A stretch of DNA of 64,000 nucleotides from Heptranchias perlo (taxonomy: Eukaryota): NCBI RefSeq assembly GCF_035084215.1, contig NC_090353.1, positions 16,988,001 through 17,052,000 of the forward strand. Reading direction: 5' to 3'. Below, piece after piece: positions 1 to 9,900 of this stretch (positions within the stretch are counted from its first letter, which is position 1; the number at the start of each line of letters is the position of its first letter). Position numbers and translations under genes: made by a program. The notes beneath the pieces were generated by a model, which saw only the letters and a program-made list of their open reading frames with translations, did no database searches and was not told where the DNA came from.

Positions 1-400
1 TAGACTGGAGAAGCTGGGGTTGTTCTCCTTGGAACAGAGACGGTTGCGAGGAGATTTGATAGAGGGATTCAAAGAAACTGTTCCCATTGGCGGAAGGGCC
101 AAGGACCAGAGGGCATAGATTTAAGGTGATTGGCAAAAGAACCAAAGGTGACATGAGGAAAAACCTTTTTACATATTGAGTGGTTAGGATCTGGAATGTA
201 CTGCCCGAGGAGGTGGTGGAGGCAGATTCAATCATGGCCTTCAAAAGGGAACTGGATAAGTATTTGAAAGGAAAAAATTTGCAGGGCTACAGGGAGAGGG
301 CGGGGGAGTGGGATTAACTGGATTGCTCTTGCATAGAGCCGACGTGGACTCGATGGGCTGAATGGCCTCCTTCCATGCTGTAACCTTTCTATGATTCTAT
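1..400 (+). mobile_element. CR1 LINE 3' end (truncated by window start)
   Basis: Near-identical to 4575-4975; ends in CR1-type tail ttctatgattctat. Confidence 0.85.
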
Positions 401-2109
401 AAAAGAACGAGTGGTCCAATTGCACTAATAGGCTTAAAATAAAATATGCAACAAAAAAAGAAAAGTAACTTTACCAAATAAATTAGAATGTAATTCCTGG
501 CATTTTTAAGACACTCTTTGCCCTGCAGTGCCCACTGGTCACAGAAGGTTCCCACCTCTGGGTCAGAAGGTTCTGGTTCAAGCCAGGGAAATGGGAATGG
601 AATATTAAGCTTGGATGTGGAGCAAGCACCAACAAAAGCACAATGGACCATTTGTGGTGAAATATCTATGATTTTAAGCCACACTCCAGGACTTGAGCAT
701 TTAATCTGTGCTGACACTCCAGTGCAGCAGTGGTACAAGTGTGCTGCATTGTTGGAAATGCCAGTCACTTGGGATGAGATTTTAAATTGGGGTTCCACTC
801 TTTTTATTTCAGATTTCCAGCATCTGCAGAATTTTGCTTTTTTTAATTCCAGGCCATAGTTTGCTTTGTTAGTTATTGCAAAATATCTGTATTTTGAGAG
901 GTAGTCCAGGGTATTACTCATTTGCTGGTTAGTCCACAGGTGATTCATAGTTCAAAGTTGCACAAAAAAGTTTGGTATAGTATTTGGACTAGAACTGATC
1001 TCAAAGTTCCTCCTGTTGCCCATTTTTGTGCTTATTCTATGTGAAATAATAAATCTAACAGGATTAATTGAAATTTAAATGGTGCTAGTATTCTCTTTTA
1101 CCTAATTATTGCTCACTCTGCTGAAATTGCACTTGAACTATTAACAAGAGGATTTAACTTATTTCAGTGGTGAAATGACAGCAGGGGACAATTATGCTCA
1201 TTATTCTCTTTTGAAAGCCGACTGCTGCCCTTAAATCCTTATTTGGATTGTTTGACTTGTGATATCAAGTTTCAATGGTTGGCTCCTGAACTGTTTTTAA
1301 ATAAATAGGGATTTCAAGTGCATTAGGTTAGTGGCAGGGGTTGAAATAGATAAAGTGAAATGGTGGTAGCTACCTGTAATTTAATACAAAGTGGAGATTA
1401 CCCTTTATAATGTAGGTGCAATCAAGACAAAGTCATTAGAGGTTTAATTTAGTGAATATTTACTGACTACATAGGTGTTTAAACCCTAACTATATCCTGA
1501 TCTATAGTAAATCAATTTGATTGATCAAAGAGGATAGTAATTTAGAAGCTTACTGTGTAGAGGGCTAGGTAGCCCAGTGTCATTAGAAAAATGAGACATG
1601 TTCACCAATAATCCCCCCCCCTTTCTCTTAAGGGGCTTAAACAAAAAAAGCTGTGTAGAGGGCTAAAGGAAGATTGATGTGCTTTTGTGAATCGGTAATG
1701 TATAGGAACCTGTGCAGCAAATGTCAAGTAGGTGAACTTCCTCCCTAGGTCTCTGCTCAGGTAGGGTAGGCTGACTTAAATTTTCTTTGTAGAGTGGGCA
1801 GAGTAGAAGTGAGAAATTGAGGAGGGTGAAGAAAGGGGTAATGGATTGGATGAGGAAAATTAAGGAAAGAGGGGGTATTAAAGACAAAGAGGGAGGGAGG
1901 TTTAAATTGCATAACCTATATACTGTAGTACTTGTGATCATTTCTCACTGCCTTCCATTTTTATTGCAGAAATATACAGTTCAAAAATTATCTTTTAAAA
2001 ATGCACTGAACTACTGCCAGTTTAGACAGTAAATATATTAAATGTAAACAATTTAGTAGGGCAATTTTCAGTCTAAGGTTAAACTTTTACTTTGGTCGTG
2101 TTCATTTCC

Positions 2110-4975
2110 AACAGGTGCAGATATTAGGTGGGATCAGATTAAGAGAGAATACGAGAAGGTCTAAGATAGGTTTAGAGTGCATGAAAGTAATTGCACAAAG
2201 TGTGGTAAATAAGGTTGATGAGCTGCAGGCATAAATAGCCACGTGGGAATATGATGTAGTGACGACAATGGAGACCTGGCTCAAAACAGGGCAGGATTGG
2301 GTACTAAATATTCCTGGATACAAGGTGTTCAGGAAAGATAGGGAAGGCAAAAAAGGAGGGTGGGAGTGGCAATATTGATTAAGGAGAATATTGCAGTGCT
2401 GGAGAGAGAGGATGTCTTTGAGGGGTCAAGGACAGAATCTATTTGGTTAGAGTTAAGAAACAATAGAGGTGCCATTTCACTACTGGGTGTATTCTAAAGG
2501 TCACCAACTAGTGGGAAGGATATGGTGGAGCAAATGTGCAGGGACATTACAGAGAGGTGCAAGAATTATAGAGTAGTGATAATGGGGGACTTCAACTATC
2601 CTAATATAGACTGGGATAGCAACAGTGTAAAGGGTAAGAGGGGGAGGAATTTCTGAAGTGTGTTCAGGAAAACTTTCTTGATCAGTATGTGTCTGGCCCA
2701 ACAAGGAAGGAGGCATTGCTGGATCTAGTTCTGGGGAATGAAGTGGAGTAAGTGAGGGAACATTTAGGGAACAATGATCATGGTATCATAAAATTTAGAT
2801 TTGTTATGGAAAAGGACAAGGAGCAATGTAGAGTAAAAATACTTAATTGGAGGGGGGGCCAATTTCAGTGGGTTGAGAACGGATCTGGCCCAGATAAATT
2901 GGAATCAAAGGTTGGCAAGCAAAACTGTAATCGAACAATGGGCGGCCTTTAAAGAGGAGACGGTTCGGCTACAGTCTAGGTACATTCCCCTGAGGGGGAA
3001 AGGTAGGGCGACCAAGCCAGAGCTCCCTGGATGACGAAAGAGATAGAGTAAGATGAAGCAGAAAAAGGGAGCATATGACAGATGTCAGGTTGATAATACA
3101 AGTGAGAACCAGGCTGAATATAGAAAGTACAGAGGAGAAATGAAAAAGGAAATAAGAGGGGCAAAGGGAGAGTATGAGAATAGACGGCAGCTAACATAAA
3201 AGGGAATCCAAAAGTCTTCTATAGGCATATAAATAGCAACGGGTAGTAAGAGGAGGGGTGGAGCTGATTGGGGACCAAAAAGGAGATCTATGCATGGAGG
3301 CAGAGGGCGTAGCTGAAGTACTAAATGAGTATGTTGCATCTGTCTTTACCAAGGAAGAAGATGCTGCCAAAGTCACAGTGAAATAGGAGGTAGTTGAGAT
3401 ACTGGATGGGCTAAAATTTGATAAAGAGGAGGTACTAGAAGTTAGATAGGTCACCCATGGGATGGGATGCATCCTAGGTTGCTGATGGAAGAAAGGGTGG
3501 AAATTGCAGTGGTGCTGGCCATAATCTTCCAATCCTCCTTAGATATGGGGGTGCTGTCAGAGGACTGGAGAATTGCAAGTATTACACCCTTGTTCAAAAA
3601 AGGGTGTAAGAATAAACCTGGCAACTACAAGCCAGTCAGTTTAACCTCGGTGGTGGGGAAGCTTTTAGAAATGATAATCCGGGACAAAAATAATAGTCAC
3701 TTGGACAAGTGTAGATTAATAAAGGAAAGCCAGCACGGATTTGTTAAGGGCAAATTGTGTTTGACTAACTTGATTGAGTGTTTTGATGAAGTAATAGAGA
3801 GGGTTGATGAGGGCAATGCAGTTGATGTATATATGGACTTTCAAAAGGTGTTTGATAAAGTGCCACATAATAGGCCTGTCAGCAAAATTGAAGCCCATGG
3901 AATAAAAGGGGCAATGGCAGCATGGATACAAAATTAGCTAAGTGACAGGAAGCAGAGAGTAGTGGTGAACGGTTGTTTTTCGGACTGGAGGAAGGTATAC
4001 AGTGGTGTTCCCCAGGGGTCAGTACTAGAACCACTGCTATTTTTGATATATATTAATGACTTGGACTTGGATGTACAGGGTGCAATTTCAAAATTTGCAG
4101 ATGACACAAGACTTGGAAGTGTAGTAAACAGTGGGGAGGATAATAATAGACTTCAAGAGGACAAAGACAGGCTGGTGGAATGGGCAGACACATGGCAGAT
4201 GAAATGTAATGCAGATAAGTGGGAAATGATACATTTTGGCAGGATGAATAAGGAGAGGCAATATAAACAATTCTAAAGGGGGCACAGGAACAGAGAGACC
4301 TGGGGATATATGTGCACAAATCTTTGAAGGTGGCAGGACAGGTTGAGAAAGCAGATAAAAAAGCATACAGGATCCTGGGCTTTATAAATAGAGGCATAGA
4401 GTACAAAAGCAAGGAAGTTATGTTAAACCTTTATAAAACACTGGTTCGGTCACAACTGAAGTAGTGTGTCCAATTCTGGGCACCGCACTTTGGGAAGGAT
4501 GAGAAGGCCTTAGAGAGGGTGCAGAAAAGATTTACTAGAAATGGTTCCAGGGATGAGAGACTTCAGGTACGTGGCTAGACTGGGGTTGATCTCCTTAGAG
4601 CAGAAAAGGTTAAGAGGAGATTTGATAGAAGTGTTCAAAATCATGACTGGTTTAGATAAAATAAATAAAGCGAAACTGTTCCCATTGGTGGAAAGTTCGA
4701 AAACCAGAGGAGACAGATTTAAGGTGATTGGCAAAAGAACCAAAGGCGATATGAGGAAAAACTTTTTTACGCAGCGAGTAGTTATGATCTGGAATTCGCT
4801 GCCTGAAAGGGTGGTGGAAGCAGATTCAATCGTGGCTTTCAAAAAGGAATTGCATAAATACTCGAAGGGAAAAAATTAGCAGGACTAGAGGGAAAGAGCG
4901 GGGGAATGGGGCTAGCTGGATTGCTCTTGCAAAGAACCGGCACGAGCTTGATGGGCCGAATGGCCTCCTTCTGTA
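2110..4975 (+). mobile_element. CR1 LINE, decayed ORF2 (APE endonuclease + reverse transcriptase)
   Basis: Fragmented ORFs with CR1 motifs: WRIASITPLFKKG, PVSLTSVVGK, QHGFVKGK, GVPQGSVL, KFADD, RLRGDLIEVFK, NFFTQRVV; many stops and frameshifts. Confidence 0.92.
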
Positions 4976-4977
4976 AT

Positions 4978-5640
4978 AAAAGAAAATGCTGAAAAAGCTC
5001 AGCAAGTCAGGCAGCATCTGTGGAGAAAGAAACAGTTAACGTTTCAGGTCGAAGACCTTTCGTCAGAACTGGAAGGTGTTAGAGTTAAAATTTTTAAGCA
5101 AGTACAGAGCCAGGGAAGTGGTGGTGGGGAGGACAGGAAAGAACAAAAGGGAAGGTCAGTGATAGGGTAGAGGACAAAAGTGATGGTGCACGGTAAGGAG
5201 GGTAGTAATGGGACAAGTTAAGAAATAAAAGATTGGTCTAGAGGAGCTGTAAATGGCAACAGCGGAACCACAACCAGCAGCTGCAGTCCAACATAAATAA
5301 ATAAATGGGAGCAGTGGTTATGGACTGAAGTTATTGAAATTAACGTTGAGTCCGGAAGGTTGTAAAGTGCCTAAACGAAAGATGAGGTGCTGTTCCTTGA
5401 GCTTCATTGGAAGTATGAGGTCGAGGACAGAGCGGTCAAAGTTGTAGTGGGATGGAGAATTAAAATGACAGCCAGCCAGCAGGTCAGGGTTACGCTTGCG
5501 GACTGAGCGGAGGTGCTCAGCAAAGCGATCACCCAATCTGTGTTTGGTCTCCCCAATGTAGAGGAGACCGCATTGTGAGCAGCGAATACAGTATACTAAA
5601 CTGAAAGTACAAGTAAACCGCTGTTTCACTTGGAAGGAGT
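4978..5640 (-). mobile_element. Penelope-like retroelement fragment (GIY-YIG endonuclease end + pLTR)
   Basis: ORF 5318-5629(-) LVYCIRCSQCGLLYIGETKHRLGDRFAEH...LQPSGLN matches a PLE GIY-YIG domain; hammerhead motif in its 3' part. Confidence 0.85.
5033..5071 (-). ncRNA. Minimal type I hammerhead ribozyme motif (Penelope-associated)
   Basis: Minus strand cagtt-CTGACGA-a-aggtc ttc gacct-GAAA-cg-TT-aactg: helix I cagtt/aactg, helix II aggtc/gacct, palindromic helix III AACGTT. Confidence 0.7.
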
Positions 5641-6049
5641 GGCTCCTTCTGCGCTGTAACCATTTTATGATGTAGTCTGCATTTGATGTGATTGATTGTG
5701 TGGCACAAGTGATGCACGTCTTTTTTAAAAAGGCGACAGATTACAAATCACTAAGAATTAAACTTGAGTGAATGAATGATTTAAAAACATTAATTGCAGT
5801 TGGTTGCGAATTGTGTTTACTCCGCGTACAGGAGAGGAAGATTGTGATTTCAGCTTTTGTATTTTTAATAAATCAAAACAAACGCTGTTTGCCAGGGGTG
5901 AATGCTTCACAGTCTAGTTTTTAAAAAGGAAAAAAGTGGCAGCGAGAGGGTGTAGCTAGTGACATTTTTATGTTTAGTTTTCTTCCTATGAAATAATTGG
6001 TTCGTCTCTTGTTAATGATTTCGCCTCCTGTTCTAATTGACTGTGAATC

Positions 6050-6590
6050 CCTAGACGCTTCGCTCAATCTGTTGCGGTTTCTCGTGCGCGCCAAAATTTA
6101 AAAATCGCGCTTTCGGTTGCTCCGCTGCCCGAGGGGCGTGGCCACACGATTGACGGTTAACTGCTACCACGCGGGCCAATCCGCGCCGCTGGCGGGCAAC
6201 AAATTAGGCGCTGGCCCCCGCGTGAAGCACGCTGGGGGTTGTAGTCTGCCTGGTCTGGGCCTCATTGCCGCAAAATATAAACTTCAACTGCCAAAGAAAT
6301 TTGAAATAACTCAATGTACCAAGGCATCGAAGCGCGTCTTGCTCCGAGGAGACCGGTTATTCATGTCCTGAGAAACGTTCAAAAAGGCGGGATTAATAGG
6401 ACTACAGTTCCCGGCATGCAGTGTCTTTTTCCTCGTCGAGGTCCACATGATAGCGGCGCCATTTTCTAGTCCATTGAATAAAAGGGGATTGGCAGCGCGG
6501 CTACTAGCTGATCTGTACGGGCCTGAATTATTATTAAAAAAAAAGTTAATTATCGGCAATTTGTAGGGGAGAAAAAAAAAGTTTGTTGCC
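6050..6590 (+). promoter_or_regulatory. LMNB2 CpG-island promoter / 5' UTR
   Basis: CpG-dense; E2F-type TTTGGCGCGC (6086-6095, -), CCAAT ~6176, ZNF143-type ACTACAnnnCCCRGCRTGC at 6227-6245(-) and 6401-6419(+), CHR TTTGAA ~6300, YY1-type CGCCATTTT ~6457. Confidence 0.75.
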
Positions 6591-6940
6591 ATGGCAGCTA
6601 CTCCGGCTCAGAAGCAGACCCGAGCCAGTGCGGCCCAAACGCCTCTGAGTCCGACCCGGATCACCCGGCTTCAAGAGAAAGAAGATCTGAAGCACCTCAA
6701 CGACCGCCTGGCCGTCTACATCGACAAGGTGCGCTCTCTGGAGTGCGAGAATAGCGTCCTGCAGCTCAAGATCTCCGAGAAGGAAGAAGTAACGACCCGT
6801 GAGCTGACCGGCATCAAGTCTATTTACGAGACGGAACTGGCGGATACTAGGAGGCTGCTGGACGAGACGGCCCGGGAAAAGGCGAAGCTGCAGATCGACC
6901 TGGGCAAGAGCAAGACGGAGCTGGACGAGCTCAGCAAAAA
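6591..6940 (+). CDS. LMNB2: LMNB2 exon 1 (head, coil 1A, start of coil 1B)
   Basis: gccATGg start; MAATPAQ...ELDELSK; donor AA|gtaaag, phase 2. Confidence 0.95.
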
Positions 6941-9900
6941 GTAAAGTAGTATTTGCAGTACAAACCTTACCCGGAGCTTGTCTAATTATCTGATGTAGTA
7001 ATGTAAAAATTGTGTCCCTTTCCACGTGTTTCCCTTGCACCGTTTGTGAGGCTGAGTTGTCATTCTACATAAATTGTAACTGCTTTATGGGGGAGGGGTA
7101 ATTGATGAGTCTTTGTACTTGTAAAAGCTATTTAATGTGTATATATAAGATACAATTGATTAGGAATTCCCTTGCTATTATCAGTTTGCAACTTATTTAT
7201 TTAAAGATTTTTGAGAATCAGCTGTTAGAAAAGTATTTACCGTTAGCATTGATAGTTTGTATTTGAAATCCCTCTTTTCCTATAAACAACAACAACAACT
7301 TGGATTTATATAGCGCCTTAACGTCCCACGGCGCTTCACAGGAGTGTTATCAAACAAAATTTGACACATTCTACATTACAAGTCTATTCCTTTTCCCCCC
7401 GTCCTGATTTGTACTGTAATCACCAGTTAGCTCTGTGATTGGTTTACCAGTTACCTATGTAAATTGTTACAAACAATATTTGGCTTGAGTTTTATGAATT
7501 GCGTGAGTTGTGGGTAATACTTTGGTATTCTATCTTTTCAAAATCAAAACATAGTTGCTATTGACCAAGAATTTGCATTTGTTGAAGTGAATGACAAATG
7601 TTACTCATTGCCCTGAGCAGTGTATTTGCACTTTTGTTTTGTGTAACTTCATTGTTCTGTCAAGAATTTAATATTTAAGATGTGTTATGTCACAGCATTT
7701 TGTGAATGAGTTGAAAAACTGAACTAAGTTTCAGCTTTTAACCTGATGCAACCCTAACAGAAGTTAATTTAAATAAATAAGGTCATTAGAAATTTATTTG
7801 CATGCCAGAAATTCGAGACAATATTAGTGGTTTTTAAAATAAAGATTTACTAAAGTTGGTCTGCAGCACGACCTAAGCATTCTGGAATGGAAAATGAGTG
7901 AGTGGTGTACAGTAGCGTGTCAGGATAAATGTGCGGGAGAAATGATAGATTGCAGTGCTCTGGTGTACCAGTGGCTACAGCAGCGTGTATAAATTGTAAA
8001 AGCAAAATACTACAGATGCTGGAAATCTGAAATAAAAACATAAAATGCTGGAAACTTCTCTCCACAGATGCTGCCTGCCCTGAGTGTTTGTATAAGTTTT
8101 AGGCTTGTTCCAACACTTTAACTAGTGGGGTGGGGGGTTGTTTGGGAACAGGGTGTCTGGCCAACATTTTGTTCAGTTGTAGTTATTTCTAAGACCTCCA
8201 TAGAGTGGGGAAGTAATAATCAGTGCTTGCATGCCTTTTTTTCCAACGCTGCTCATGTTTTGTTGTCAACAGTAATCTCTGTGCAAATTTGAAACCACTT
8301 GAGTGTAATCTTTGCTCAGTAAACTTTCTAGCACTTAGAATTTGGTGGCGAAGCGTACAGCATCACACGTTGTACTCAATCCCACACAATGGGAACATAG
8401 CCAGTTATTTCTGGAATGTAATAGTAATGCTGTAAAATATTTGCAGAATACTGTATTTCTCCTTTTAGGATGCAGACTAAACTATTTAAACAGATTTTTA
8501 ATGCATATTACTACTAGAGGATTCAGCATTTTTGTATCTTTCCCTTCCTCACCTACTTAGAACCCTGAAGCAGATTCCTAAAGTGCTGGTCACTGCTTTT
8601 GTGGTGCAATTTTCTTCAAGCCATGATCAGTTGATTAAGAGTTAAGCAAGTTAAAGTGAGAATTCTTGAGACTTTTTTTTGCTTTATTTGAAGGTGGTAA
8701 TTGGGACTACAGCGCAGGAACACTCTTCAGTCAAAAGTCCATTCTTTGCCAAACCTGGGCAATGGACATCGGCAGGTTGTGGGTGGTGGGCAAAGGTTGA
8801 TACCGTAGATAGAAAGAAGACAAAATTATGATACTTTGTCAATGAAAACCACGTGAGTTGTTCTGGCTGGGGATTTTTTTCCCTTATGCAATCAGTTGCC
8901 TTTTTGATATCCAATTTCCTTTATTTGCATTTCTCATGCTAAAATATAAATATTAGGGGTTGGAAGAGAACCGATCTATCCCCATGCATCTTTTGTGTTG
9001 TGTGTACACAATTTCTCCTATTAATGTCTGAAGGTAGTTACTGATAAAGAAAATTTTGATAATTGGGGAATTTTCCTGTTAAGATTTATTCATAAACCTC
9101 ATTCAATTTTAGTTCCTGCTTTAATGCGCTCTAAGTGGCACTGCAGAATTATAGCATCTAGGATTCATGTTCATTTACTTAACAGTGAGTTCCTGATTTG
9201 AAATGTGTAGATGGCAGGTCTTTCCCTACATGAGAAGGAAAAGTTTGTGCACCTACTTGTGTCTGGTTAAGCAATGAACTCTGGAAACACTTTCTCCAGC
9301 AGTGAGATTGGGTGTGAAATGGACTGTAAAGTCAATGCCCCAGCCTGATGACGAGAATGCTTCTGAGCACTTGAATCATGAATGGCATGCCCCTCACCCA
9401 GCTGATTTCCCTTTTTAAGGATGGATAGAATTGTCTGCGATTCTGTTTTTGGTCCTGCCTCCTAGGGAGGTGGTGGGCTTGAGGCCTGGTGTTTAGAATT
9501 AGAAGAACCCACTTGGGCTGCTCTTCTCTAATATTTGGATTCAGAGCAGCCCTGGCCCTCTTGGACAGTAAGATGCTGGAAGCCTACAGACAAAAATGTA
9601 AATGCATTATCAAAAATTCTACTAAAAACAGCTTAAAATAGAACATGATTGATGTGGTTTAGTGGGAATGATTATAGACTCAAAACCTAATGAATGTGCA
9701 GGTGTCGTAGGCAATGGGAGAGCTGTAAGACTGACTTGTGTGGTTCATATTTATGTTGTGTATTTTTATAGATGGTAATATTTTCAAATATTCGCTTGGT
9801 TCTGCTTCATGATTTCCACTGGCAACCTGAAGATAATGAATCACACTGAGATGGGTTTTTGGGGTGTGGGGAAAAACCAGAGAGCCATCAAACATGCAGT

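Noticed and set aside
397-948. 183-aa and 113-aa overlapping ORFs
   Set aside because: They overlap SINE and Penelope-tail fragments; no homology or splice support.
6546-7040. 164-aa minus-strand ORF
   Set aside because: Antisense shadow of GC-rich LMNB2 exon 1; no domain similarity.
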